Position numbers and translations under genes: made by a program. This document shows, one piece after another, positions 35,124-44,053 of a stretch of 64,000 nt of DNA. The stretch's first letter is position 1. Every line of letters starts with the position of its first letter. The notes beneath the pieces were generated by a model, which saw only the letters and a list, made by a program, of their open reading frames with translations, did not search any database and was not told the origin of the DNA. The stretch is from sequence record PP942979.1; one strand, written 5' to 3'.

Positions 35124-35524
35124 TGAAAGCACTGTCTATTCGTCAACCTTGGGCTTGGCTGATTACCAAAGGTCACAAGAAGATTGAGAACCGTACGTGG
35201 GACACAAAGAAACGCGGACGCTTTCTCATTCATGCGAGTTCGAAACGTCCTAGTGACGACGACATGCGTGTGGCCAAAGAGATCTGCGACGGCCTGAACA
35301 TCAAGCTGCCTGAGAAGCATGAGTTCGAGCTGGGAGCTATCGTGGGCTATGCTACTCTGTGTGGTACGACAACGCAATCTGACGACCCGTTCTTCTTTGG
35401 TCCTGTTGGTCTGCAACTGAAAGACTGTCGCGCCACCGAGCCTGTTCGTTGCAAAGGCGCTCTCAGTTTCTTTAACACACCGTACTGTGTCGTAGGCGGT
35501 AAAGTGATTCAGCCACCGCGATGA
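35123..35524 (+). CDS. ASCH domain protein
   Basis: MKALSIRQPWAWLI..GHKKIENRTW...GRFLIHAS. Confidence 0.85.
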   Translation: MKALSIRQPWAWLITKGHKKIENRTWDTKKRGRFLIHASSKRPSDDDMRVAKEICDGLNIKLPEKHEFELGAIVGYATLCGTTTQSDDPFFFGPVGLQLKDCRATEPVRCKGALSFFNTPYCVVGGKVIQPPR

Positions 35525-35736
35525 GGCCCATACTGGTTGTTCATGGAGGCAAAGTTCTGCCCGCTCAACTGGTAAATGAAGATCGTAAAGACGTGTACTT
35601 TGTTCGGCACATGACGATCAGAGGACAAAACGTGTACGTCGCAGGATTGGCACCAGTTGCTACTGTTGTGTTTCTCTATGGCTACTCGCCTACTGTTGAT
35701 GACTATGAAGTTGTAAAACAGATGCGAGGCAAGTAA
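35521..35736 (+). CDS. hypothetical protein (71 aa)
   Basis: ATGA overlap; ends before a terminator. Confidence 0.6.
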   Translation: MRPILVVHGGKVLPAQLVNEDRKDVYFVRHMTIRGQNVYVAGLAPVATVVFLYGYSPTVDDYEVVKQMRGK

Positions 35737-35739
35737 ATC

Positions 35740-35765
35740 AAGGGTGGCCTAACGGCTGCCCTTTT
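35740..35765 (+). terminator. rho-independent terminator
   Basis: AAGGGTGGCC-TAAC-GGCTGCCCTT-TT, near-identical to 17248. Confidence 0.75.
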
Positions 35766-35782
35766 CGCGTTTAAGGAGCGTT

Positions 35783-36187
35783 ATGTTACCGTTTGCACCT
35801 AAGACCCGCGTAGTCAGTATGCGTAACGGCAATAAGGACTACGATGTTCGTATTGATCGTGAGACTAAGTGGGGTAACAAGTTCTATATGACCAAAGAGA
35901 CTGTGGCCGAACGTGACCGTGTGTGCGATGAACATGAGATAGACCTGTGGTTAAAAATCTACAGCGGTGAGATACGCATAGGTCATTTGCTTGAACTCTA
36001 TGGTAAACGTCTTGGCTGTTGGTGTAGCCCAAAGCGTTGTCACGGAGATGCGTTAGCTAGAGCGGCGGAATGGGCGTACAATGCAAACTGTAAATGGGAA
36101 CGTATAAAAGCCACTTACAGGAAGCGTCGTCGTGCAGCAAACAAAGCCAATAGCAAGAAAGGTAGGAAGAAAGTTTCTCGGAAGTAG
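35783..36187 (+). CDS. DUF4326 domain protein
   Basis: VRIDRETKWGNKF, LYGKRLGCWCSPKRCHGDAL. Confidence 0.8.
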   Translation: MLPFAPKTRVVSMRNGNKDYDVRIDRETKWGNKFYMTKETVAERDRVCDEHEIDLWLKIYSGEIRIGHLLELYGKRLGCWCSPKRCHGDALARAAEWAYNANCKWERIKATYRKRRRAANKANSKKGRKKVSRK

Positions 36188-36194
36188 CCCGTCG

Positions 36195-36686
36195 ATGAAG
36201 GCTATGAATTGGGAAGTGTATATCAGTGCATTCAGCGGCAGAGCTTACGGCCAGTTCGCTGTTGCATGGGGCGCTTCTCACATGGTGATTCATACACTCG
36301 ATGTTACCGAGTGTGTACGCAATAACTGCGACCAGTTATACATCGACAAACTGGACAAGATCATTGATTGCCTAAATGCGTTCAATGGTCTGCTTGGTAC
36401 GACCAACATCGGTCATTGTCGAGAGTGGCTGAATCCTATTGAGACAGGCGCTACAGGCAGTGTGGCGTTCTGTCACTACGTCACTGACAAAGAAGCCAAC
36501 ATCTATTTCGAGCTGGCCTCATGCACCGAGAAGATTCGCTTCTACCCAGCACCAGCAGGCAAGCATAAGCTGCGTAATCTGAAAACCAGCCTTGTTCGTT
36601 TAGAGCAGGAGTTGGTCAAACACAGACAGGCTATGCTTGATACCATGAGTGTGGTCAACGAAACACGCGCTATGCTAAATCTGTAA
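36195..36686 (+). CDS. hypothetical protein (163 aa)
   Basis: ORF filling the gap; start approximate. Confidence 0.6.
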   Translation: MKAMNWEVYISAFSGRAYGQFAVAWGASHMVIHTLDVTECVRNNCDQLYIDKLDKIIDCLNAFNGLLGTTNIGHCREWLNPIETGATGSVAFCHYVTDKEANIYFELASCTEKIRFYPAPAGKHKLRNLKTSLVRLEQELVKHRQAMLDTMSVVNETRAMLNL

Positions 36687-36687
36687 A
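36678..36687 (+). promoter_or_regulatory. AATCTGTAAA motif, copy 8
   Basis: Overlaps the Asn-Leu-stop of the upstream gene; 41 nt before the next start. Confidence 0.6.
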
Positions 36688-36727
36688 TATAGCGTATACC
36701 ACATATACCTAGAATAAGGAACTTGGC

Positions 36728-37060
36728 ATGGCCATGACTCAAACGCAGTACGCTCTTTCTAAGGTGGCAGAAGAAGCTACCGAGATCGCAAAAGAGTGCC
36801 ACAAGATCATGCACTTCGGGTTTAACTCATTTGACCCGAATGACCCAAAGCGCGTTAAGAACATTGACCGCCTGATTGCTGAACTGCATGATCTCGAAGG
36901 CGCTCTCCTGTTTCTGCGGGATAACTCAGGCGGTGAGTTCGAGTTTATCCCTGATACCTGCACTGCGTTGGCTAAGTATGATAAGATTGCACGGCACATG
37001 GGCTACGCGATTGAGTCTGGTAATGTTGAACCTTTCGATTTAGAAGACGAGGATGAATAA
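36728..37060 (+). CDS. MazG-like nucleotide pyrophosphohydrolase-fold protein
   Basis: VAEEATEIAKECHKIMHFG...NIDRLIAELHDL. Confidence 0.55.
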   Translation: MAMTQTQYALSKVAEEATEIAKECHKIMHFGFNSFDPNDPKRVKNIDRLIAELHDLEGALLFLRDNSGGEFEFIPDTCTALAKYDKIARHMGYAIESGNVEPFDLEDEDE

Positions 37061-37575
37061 TGAGTTACTCTTTCGTTGTTGAGTGGAACATCCGCTTAAA
37101 GGCCGATACGCCTAAAGAAGTTATGAGCATGTTGAAAGCGTGGCACAAGCACCCGCATCGCTTCGACGCGTTTTTGAATCTCGGTGTTGACGTTAGTGCA
37201 GCATTGGGTTGTGGTCTGGATTCAATAGCAGGTATTTACTACGAGAGTAACTTCATTCACGGCTCCGGCGTCGTGCCGTATATCCGCACCTGCGCCAACT
37301 TCACGCGACGTAGCTCAGGCACGGATCGTCTGGTAGGTTTCATCAACTGGTTGGAGCCGTATATCGATCATCGTGATGAAGTCATCGGCATCGTTCGTGG
37401 CGAAGATGATCTCTACTGCTATGACGATACGCGTGGTTATGGCTTCGGTCTTATTCCTGAGCCGCCTCCAAGCAAAACGTTCTACGAAATTCGTATCATC
37501 AACAACCGCGCACAAATCGAATATAAGCGTGGTGATCTTCATAACCTTTATCCGTGGGTATCTTATGCTTACTAA
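37060..37575 (+). CDS. hypothetical protein (171 aa)
   Basis: TAATG coupling. Confidence 0.65.
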   Translation: MSYSFVVEWNIRLKADTPKEVMSMLKAWHKHPHRFDAFLNLGVDVSAALGCGLDSIAGIYYESNFIHGSGVVPYIRTCANFTRRSSGTDRLVGFINWLEPYIDHRDEVIGIVRGEDDLYCYDDTRGYGFGLIPEPPPSKTFYEIRIINNRAQIEYKRGDLHNLYPWVSYAY

Positions 37576-38239
37576 CATTGCTCGTCTCGTTGCTACACAG
37601 GCACACTCTGGTCAGGTACGCAAGTACAATAACGAACCGTACATCAACCACCCGCTGCGTGTTGCACAGTGGCTGTCTCAGTTTAACGTTGGTGAACTGA
37701 TCGAAGCAGGCGCAATCTGTCACGATGTTCTCGAAGATACCGACGTCGGCTATAGCGCTTTGGAACTCACTGTCGGTACACCTGTTGCTGACCTCGTTCG
37801 GGAAGTTACTAACGGCGTCTATCCGGCAGGCACTTCTCGCGTTCAGAAGTACTGGGGTAATATCTCCAAGCTACTGACCTCCAGTCATCAGGCGCAAACG
37901 CTCAAGTGCGGTGACGTGTATGACAACTGCAAAGACGTGTACGATCTGGACCCGTCGTATGCAGCGCGTTACATCGCCGAGAAGTTCTTCCTCGTGCGTC
38001 TGTTCACTCGCGCTCAGTCTGACGTGCGTAATGCAACGTTAAACCTGCTGTCGTCTGTCTATAACGGCATGTCCGACGGACACCGCATCTACTGTCTGGA
38101 CTACATGCAGCAGCTCGAACGTGAGTGTCCGGACGAACTGTTGATTCACTTCCACAACGCGCTGGTAGAAGCCAACGAACACAATGGCTGTACTCTGCGT
38201 ATCGGAGATGCGTATGGAACTGAAACTGCCGCCGTTTAA
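37565..38239 (+). CDS. RelA/SpoT-type HD hydrolase (Mesh1 / small alarmone hydrolase-like)
   Basis: AHSGQVRKYNNEPYINHPLRV, CHDVLEDT, LVREVT, LKCGDVYDN. Confidence 0.82.
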   Translation: MLTNIARLVATQAHSGQVRKYNNEPYINHPLRVAQWLSQFNVGELIEAGAICHDVLEDTDVGYSALELTVGTPVADLVREVTNGVYPAGTSRVQKYWGNISKLLTSSHQAQTLKCGDVYDNCKDVYDLDPSYAARYIAEKFFLVRLFTRAQSDVRNATLNLLSSVYNGMSDGHRIYCLDYMQQLERECPDELLIHFHNALVEANEHNGCTLRIGDAYGTETAAV

Positions 38240-38588
38240 AACTCGCAGCGTACTGGTAGAGAACATGGAAGTTCGAAACAAACACGCCACAGCCGTTGTT
38301 GCCGTTAGTGAAACAAGCTGGTGGGGTTATCGCAAACGTAACCTGCGCGTTGCAATGAAGTGCGACAAGATCACTCGTAAGGAGATCGAGTGGTCAGCGC
38401 TGGTCAAATGGGATGATGGCTATATTGTTGCTCCCATCTGCGAAGACAGCGACGTCCTTACAGTCGCAAACAACACACTCCGCGATATGCGCAACATGAA
38501 CTTGCAGCGTTACGAGCAACTGCTTGCGCATCGCCTGACCATTCACATGAGGAAACATCATGGCCGCACATGCAGTTTATCTGTTTGA
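38214..38588 (+). CDS. hypothetical protein (124 aa)
   Basis: GGAG RBS. Confidence 0.6.
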   Translation: MELKLPPFKTRSVLVENMEVRNKHATAVVAVSETSWWGYRKRNLRVAMKCDKITRKEIEWSALVKWDDGYIVAPICEDSDVLTVANNTLRDMRNMNLQRYEQLLAHRLTIHMRKHHGRTCSLSV

Positions 38589-38943
38589 GAACGTGGAAGA
38601 TGAAGTTGCTTTCACCGAACGCCGCTTTCATAAAAGCATTCTTTTCATGAAGGGCATCAATAAAAACTTGCCTATGGTGGAAGAAAGCAAAGAAGTAACG
38701 TTCGCCGTATACGAAGTGGGTGACACCAAAACGTATGCTGCAACTGTCGGTCAGCCTATTCCTGAAAATCTGCGTCTGGCACTGAACCTCGAACCGGTTC
38801 GTGTGTGGCGTCTGATTCGCCGTAAAGACGATGTGTTCTTTGTCGGTGAAAACTCAGAAGCTATCGTTGCAGATAGCGTGGTGCCTATGGAGATTCGTGT
38901 TGAAGGAGCACAGGATGCAGAACGTTGCTGGTCACGCGCTTGA
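38560..38943 (+). CDS. hypothetical protein (127 aa)
   Basis: GAGGA RBS. Confidence 0.65.
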   Translation: MAAHAVYLFENVEDEVAFTERRFHKSILFMKGINKNLPMVEESKEVTFAVYEVGDTKTYAATVGQPIPENLRLALNLEPVRVWRLIRRKDDVFFVGENSEAIVADSVVPMEIRVEGAQDAERCWSRA

Positions 38944-39571
38944 ACTAACAGCGAAGGACGTTGAGGCTTATTGGCGGGGACGTGCGTATATTGAAGCGGC
39001 TCGTATTGCGCACAACCATCAGGAAGACCCGACTGCGTACACTCTGACCTTTCAGCTCATTGAGCCGTATCTTCCTCAAGGCTGGGAAGTTGTCAACCCA
39101 ATACGTGAGCAGCACGAAGGTGAATTGCCTGATGCCGTGTTTGAGCCAGGTGAAACCCTTGAGCCGCGATTCGTCGTCATGCTTGCGTTGATGATCGATA
39201 GCGATAAAACTCAGGTGGGCGGCAAAACAATTAAATCTATGGCGCATCTGTCTTCTGTTGCGCGTGACAAACGAATCGTGTTGGTGCTTAACGGTCACGA
39301 CACAGCACTTGCTCGGCATCTTGCGCTTGAAGCTGGGTACGAAGTGAGTGAGGCCGGTCTGATTGATATGGCCAAAGCTATCGGCGATAAAGCTATGCGT
39401 CGTGCGGAACACACAGGCTTCTTTGAACTCGACACTCCACGCGAGCGCAAAGAGCGTGACCCGAATCTCGACGCTGTACGGCACAAGCACAATCGTGTTG
39501 GACGCCACTCAGGCAATCAACGATTTAATGCTAAGCCGCAACGTCAGAATTTCAAAGGCCGTGGCCGATGA
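38915..39571 (+). CDS. hypothetical protein with a basic C-terminal tail
   Basis: AAGGAG RBS before ATG 38915. Confidence 0.7.
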   Translation: MQNVAGHALELTAKDVEAYWRGRAYIEAARIAHNHQEDPTAYTLTFQLIEPYLPQGWEVVNPIREQHEGELPDAVFEPGETLEPRFVVMLALMIDSDKTQVGGKTIKSMAHLSSVARDKRIVLVLNGHDTALARHLALEAGYEVSEAGLIDMAKAIGDKAMRRAEHTGFFELDTPRERKERDPNLDAVRHKHNRVGRHSGNQRFNAKPQRQNFKGRGR

Positions 39572-39909
39572 AAAACGAAACATATGCGATTGAGTATGTG
39601 GACAACGTACCACTGCGCGTCCATGTCTTTCGGCCAGAGGCAAGCCCTGAGCAGAGTGATTATCAGGCTCTGGTAAGCATTGACGCGTTCGATAAGCGTA
39701 TGTGCCTTGCCTGCAAGAAAGACCCAGCAGTTCGTCGCTTCTGGCTTCAACGTAAGCACGAATGGGAACATCTCGTGGAGTCTGATCGACGCATGATGCG
39801 TTTGAGAATGTCTCCTACATTCATCAATCTTCCAAAGCAGATACACGAAGACCTCTGGACGTTCTACCGTGAAGTCGGCTGGGACTATAAAAGCAAACGA
39901 TTCATTTGA
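39568..39909 (+). CDS. hypothetical protein (113 aa)
   Basis: ATGA overlap. Confidence 0.65.
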   Translation: MKNETYAIEYVDNVPLRVHVFRPEASPEQSDYQALVSIDAFDKRMCLACKKDPAVRRFWLQRKHEWEHLVESDRRMMRLRMSPTFINLPKQIHEDLWTFYREVGWDYKSKRFI

Positions 39910-40065
39910 CCAAAAATCCACTATCTCTGCCGCTGTCTGCTGTTTGCATTCTTGCGGTATCGACGCGCACGGGAGTCTTTCTCGATGTGCTTAATAATGA
40001 AAAGACACCAGCAGGCCAATGTATCAGTCGTGTTGTAGATGCTGTCCTTGCTGAGGGGAGTTCTT

Positions 40066-40413
40066 ATGGACTTGAAAGACTGGTTGATCACAACGGAGAC
40101 AATCGTCCACAAGATGGTTGTTGACCCCGTTGAAGGTACGGCTGCTGGGCTAGTCGAAACTGTTTACTACGGACCGAAACGTCTTGGTCGTCGTCGCATT
40201 CAGGGCATTAGTCGTTCGTGCATCTGCCACGATATTTATCGTCGTCAGGCAGTTTGGATGGACGTCAACGGCATGGACGAACTACTGCCAAAGTACAACA
40301 CGGCCAAGTCATTGTGTCGTAGACTACGCACAGAAATCAATAAACTCGTAGCAGAGGGTAAAGTAAATGGTGAGTCCATTAGCAAAAATCAACATCGGCA
40401 GCCCATTGCCTGA
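40066..40413 (+). CDS. hypothetical protein (115 aa)
   Basis: GGGGAG RBS before ATG 40066. Confidence 0.6.
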   Translation: MDLKDWLITTETIVHKMVVDPVEGTAAGLVETVYYGPKRLGRRRIQGISRSCICHDIYRRQAVWMDVNGMDELLPKYNTAKSLCRRLRTEINKLVAEGKVNGESISKNQHRQPIA

Positions 40414-41092
40414 TAGCGGCGATCTGATCTACAAACAGATTCTTGATGGTAGCATTGAGATTCTGGACAGCACACTCGATCTGCATCGGCAGAGCAATGT
40501 GGTGCTGCGTAACACCAAAGAGCTGGGTATTGATATACTCAATGGCGTCTGGACTTATACTCCTAAGTACACGTATGAAAACAGACACCCTCTGGCGTAT
40601 ACGTTCGGTCAAATGATGGCTGATCCAAACAGCACATATCAGGACCTGGCGAAGGAGCTTACAACCAAAGCGGAGCAAGATATGTTCTACGCGCCGCTGC
40701 GCAAGCTCCGTGCGTTCATAATCAACCATGATACAGTTACGGGTAAAACTGATTTGCGTATGCCGGACGCGTGGATCGTAAACATCGACGCTGCGCTGAC
40801 AATGCGTGACTTCATGGGCGTAGTTGAAGGCTACGTTCAATCTAAGCAGCGTCAGGAAGTTGCGGATGTTGTCTTTGAGAAGTATTACGCCACAGGCGAA
40901 AGTACAAAGAACTCCAAGGCGCGCCTGTTGTTCAGTGGTGGTACGTTAGTTATGGTCGACCCGGATCGCCATACAGCTGGGACTGCCAATATGTTCGATA
41001 TGACGCCAATCTTCAAGTTCGTGTCGCGTCCGTGGAATCACGGCCTGACGCAGAATCATCTCCGTACCTATCGCAAGTTAGTAAATCTGTAA
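40367..41092 (+). CDS. hypothetical protein (241 aa)
   Basis: GAGGG RBS. Confidence 0.7.
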   Translation: MVSPLAKINIGSPLPDSGDLIYKQILDGSIEILDSTLDLHRQSNVVLRNTKELGIDILNGVWTYTPKYTYENRHPLAYTFGQMMADPNSTYQDLAKELTTKAEQDMFYAPLRKLRAFIINHDTVTGKTDLRMPDAWIVNIDAALTMRDFMGVVEGYVQSKQRQEVADVVFEKYYATGESTKNSKARLLFSGGTLVMVDPDRHTAGTANMFDMTPIFKFVSRPWNHGLTQNHLRTYRKLVNL

Positions 41093-41093
41093 A
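41084..41093 (+). promoter_or_regulatory. AATCTGTAAA motif, copy 9
   Basis: Overlaps the Asn-Leu-stop; precedes an AT-rich leader of ORF 41159. Confidence 0.6.
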
Positions 41094-41158
41094 TACTAAC
41101 TGCTAAAGTTACTCTATCTTATTCAGACTATCTTTCAACTAACATAAGGAAACAGAGC

Positions 41159-41872
41159 ATGGCTCCTAAAGAACGTGCGGGTGTTGTGGACAATTCTGCC
41201 AAATCAGCTAAATCAGCTAAATCTGGTGGTGCGGGTAATCGTGTTACTGCTCCGATCTACAACGGTACCCAAACTTCTGCGCATGTAGCATCTGCTGCGG
41301 CTGCTGGCAACAGCCAGGTAGCTGGTGTATCTCTCGCTGCGCAAATCTACAGCCGCGCCGACAGTCTGCGTTACGCCACTTCTGAGTTATCTGAAACGTT
41401 GCAGCGCCTGGGCCTGTACGAACCGGCTCCTTCGAAAGGCGAAGATCTGGCAAGCGCTGCCCACGATAACGTGCTTCGTGTTATCAACGAAGAACTCAAC
41501 GGCGCGATGCGTTTCGCCAACAACGTTCTGTTCTCGTCTGTTCACGGCGACGATGAAGAAGAAATCGGCGAAGACTGCGACACTGAAAAAGAAACCCAGG
41601 GCGCTATTCATAAAACGCAGTTCGGCCGCAGTATTTACGGTGACGCACAGGCAGCCATCTCGCGTCTGCTGAGTATTCAGAGCCTGGCCAATCGTGTCAA
41701 TCTGTCTCTGGTCGGCGTTGAAGGTCCTGCTGACTGCCGTGCTGCTCAGGTGAACGATAGCGTTCATGGCTGCCTGTGCAATCTGGCCGATCACATCGAC
41801 GACACCGTCACTACTCTGCATCGCGTTAATGCAGACCTGATGACCAACCTGTTGGGAGTTAACGGGCAATGA
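41159..41872 (+). CDS. Ala-rich helical hypothetical protein
   Basis: AAGGA RBS; strongly biased codons. Confidence 0.75.
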   Translation: MAPKERAGVVDNSAKSAKSAKSGGAGNRVTAPIYNGTQTSAHVASAAAAGNSQVAGVSLAAQIYSRADSLRYATSELSETLQRLGLYEPAPSKGEDLASAAHDNVLRVINEELNGAMRFANNVLFSSVHGDDEEEIGEDCDTEKETQGAIHKTQFGRSIYGDAQAAISRLLSIQSLANRVNLSLVGVEGPADCRAAQVNDSVHGCLCNLADHIDDTVTTLHRVNADLMTNLLGVNGQ

Positions 41873-42864
41873 TCGACTTCAAATCTGTTAAGTTTGACGA
41901 AGACCGTAAGCCGTACATCGTTGAACGCGGCGCTAAGGGTAAGTTCCAGCGTCGTTATCTGACTGACGCAGAACAGCAGGAGCACAAAGAGTGGGACGCC
42001 AAGCGTGTTAGCAAACTGAACGCAGCCGCTGTTCGTCCGGCTCGTGGCCAGACTGAATCTTTCCAGCACGTCGATACTGTCGGTACTGATCGTGCCTCAG
42101 CACGTAACTCTACTCTGCGTACTGGCTACGGTTTAGCTGACGGTCCTACCGGTCCTGTTGGTCCGGGACCATGTCCTGTCGGCGCTGACCCTCTGATTCC
42201 ATATTCTCTGGAAAGTGGCTCTGAGCAGGACGTCCCGGTCGGCCAGCGCGTAGCTCGTCGCTCTGTTAACCTGATGGACAGCATTGCGCATCTGACGCTG
42301 GCTCTGTATGAGTTCGGCGCTATCGACAATGCGTGTGTTGCTGATGTTCGTTCGCGCGTCATGGACCTTGCAGAAGGTCTTCATGAAGACGAAGACTGTA
42401 TGCGCATTCAGGCAGAAGACGAGCTGGTGGAGCCTTACTACTACGTTAAGTCTATGGCTGCGCTGCTGCACGGTTCGTATACTCAGTCACGTACTCAGGC
42501 TCCGTTGAAAGTTGTTGGCTATCATGCTGCTCCGGTTATTACTCTGACGCAGTACCTGATGGGTCTTGTCTTCCCTGAAGGCGATATGGCACGTCGTGCT
42601 CAGACCGGTAACCTGCTGCGTCGCGGTGACGAATCCGTGCGTGATCTGGCGCTGGACATTATGACCGTGTACAACAACATTCAGGCTGACATTAGCGAAG
42701 CTGGTATTCGTCTGCTGGGTGAGATGCCGGAAGAAATCGGCGGGTTGAATGTAGGTCTGGGTGAGCTGGCGTCTCTGGACGTCGTTCGCGCCGTTGACGA
42801 AATGCTGGAGTATCTGGTGATTCGTATTGACGGCCTGACGCAGATGCTGCGCGACCAGCTGTAA
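41869..42864 (+). CDS. helical hypothetical protein (331 aa)
   Basis: ATGA overlap; strongly biased codons. Confidence 0.75.
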   Translation: MIDFKSVKFDEDRKPYIVERGAKGKFQRRYLTDAEQQEHKEWDAKRVSKLNAAAVRPARGQTESFQHVDTVGTDRASARNSTLRTGYGLADGPTGPVGPGPCPVGADPLIPYSLESGSEQDVPVGQRVARRSVNLMDSIAHLTLALYEFGAIDNACVADVRSRVMDLAEGLHEDEDCMRIQAEDELVEPYYYVKSMAALLHGSYTQSRTQAPLKVVGYHAAPVITLTQYLMGLVFPEGDMARRAQTGNLLRRGDESVRDLALDIMTVYNNIQADISEAGIRLLGEMPEEIGGLNVGLGELASLDVVRAVDEMLEYLVIRIDGLTQMLRDQL

Positions 42865-42879
42865 TCTGCTGTAGAAAGC

Positions 42880-42916
42880 AAAAAGGGCGGCCCTCGTGAT
42901 TGAGAGTCGCCCTTTT
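42880..42916. terminator. bidirectional terminator between the converging + and - gene blocks
   Basis: AAAAGGGCGG...TCGCCCTTTT with A/T tracts on both sides. Confidence 0.75.
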
Positions 42917-42919
42917 CCG

Positions 42920-43384
42920 TTATAGCGCTAAACCTATGCCGATAGCTGCTGCAATGCGTGTCAACCACAATTGAAAATCCGCAGACTTCTGATCTTCAAT
43001 ACGTGCCTTACGCTCTGCTGCCAAATCATCGGATAGTCCATTCGCTCTCACCTCTTCGGCTTGAGCCAAACGCAATAGCTTGTTGCGTTCATCAATGGTC
43101 AGATTGAGCACATCGAGTAACTTGTTTCGTTCCTCGGTGCGGTCTTTCCCTGCCTGATACAGATTAATCAAATCAACCATTCCCTTGTTATCAAGCACTG
43201 CAACCTTCTTGTCTTCTACCACTTTGATAGTGACAGTAGGCTTGGCAGGAACGGCTTCCTTTTCCCACTCAACTTTGTTGATCTGCTGAATATCTTGCAT
43301 GGTTGTTTTCTTGGCTGCATCAATCCCAGACAACGAACTGCAACCAGTCACTAGCAAGCACAGGAGTAACGTGATTATTTTCAT
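42920..43384 (-). CDS. outer-membrane lipoprotein spanin (o- or u-spanin-like)
   Basis: Lipobox LLVTG-C, coiled coil, hydrophobic C-terminus LWLTRIAAAIGIGLAL; in the lysis cassette. Confidence 0.7.
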   Translation of the reverse strand: MKIITLLLCLLVTGCSSLSGIDAAKKTTMQDIQQINKVEWEKEAVPAKPTVTIKVVEDKKVAVLDNKGMVDLINLYQAGKDRTEERNKLLDVLNLTIDERNKLLRLAQAEEVRANGLSDDLAAERKARIEDQKSADFQLWLTRIAAAIGIGLAL

Positions 43385-43677
43385 AGCTTATTGTACCTGT
43401 CCACCAGCTCGTCCATGCTGTCATCTTTACTTGGAGGCTTAACGTCAGTCTCAGGCTTCCGCGTATTCAGATCTTTCACCGCATCGTTAACAGTCTTGCT
43501 GTCTTGGACTTGGTTCTCGATTGCTGCCTCACGCGTATTGTCAGCGGCTTTCTGCTCACCTGTAGTAGTCGATGGGCTTGCCTTTGGGCGACGGAACAAC
43601 AGCGCCGTTACGACGAGCACAACAACAGATGCGAAAACCTTCCAGTATTTCATAAACACTTCAATAGCCTTAGACAT
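43381..43677 (-). CDS. inner-membrane spanin-like protein
   Basis: N-terminal TM (VFASVVVLVVTALLF) followed by RRPK and a hydrophilic domain; 4-nt overlap with the lipoprotein gene. Confidence 0.65.
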   Translation of the reverse strand: MSKAIEVFMKYWKVFASVVVLVVTALLFRRPKASPSTTTGEQKAADNTREAAIENQVQDSKTVNDAVKDLNTRKPETDVKPPSKDDSMDELVDRYNKL

Positions 43678-43691
43678 AATCACGCTCTCCA

Positions 43692-43997
43692 CTATTCTTT
43701 ATCTGTCTCCTGCTTCTCTGCTTTAGTCGTCTGCATGTTGACAAGGTTCTCAACAGTAAACGCAAGGGAGAAGTAGGTAAGATGGTCGGTCTGACCATTC
43801 ATCAGCAAGCCAATGAACATACCGGTAGACACGAACACTGCGGCGACGGAGGAGATTGGATTCAGCGTCCAGTACTCCTTCCAGTTTAAGCCTTCTCGCT
43901 TAGTCTTGACCACGTAGTTCATCAAGACACCGCCGACGTATGAAAGAAAGAAGGCTACGATTTGGATTGTCGGCATTTGTGATATTACATCACCCAT
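43692..43997 (-). CDS. holin-like membrane protein (2-3 TM)
   Basis: About 101 aa, hydrophobic segments, charged C-terminus KAEKQETDKE; upstream of the spanins. Confidence 0.6.
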   Translation of the reverse strand: MGDVISQMPTIQIVAFFLSYVGGVLMNYVVKTKREGLNWKEYWTLNPISSVAAVFVSTGMFIGLLMNGQTDHLTYFSLAFTVENLVNMQTTKAEKQETDKE

Positions 43998-44019
43998 GTT
44001 GCAATACTCCCTATTAGAC

Positions 44020-44048
44020 AAAAGAAAGGGAGAGCCGAAGCCCTCCCT
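44020..44048 (-). terminator. rho-independent terminator
   Basis: On the - strand GGGAGGGC-TTCG-GCTCTCCC-TTTCTTTT. Confidence 0.7.
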
Positions 44049-44053
44049 ATAGA

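Noticed and set aside
41201-41223. 9-nt tandem repeat (AAATCAGCT) encoding KSAKSAKS
   Set aside because: Only about 2.5 copies, in-frame, in a low-complexity N-terminus; no evidence for phase variation.
42142-42171. Collagen-like GPTGPVGPGP
   Set aside because: Only three Gly-X-Y triplets, too short for a triple helix.
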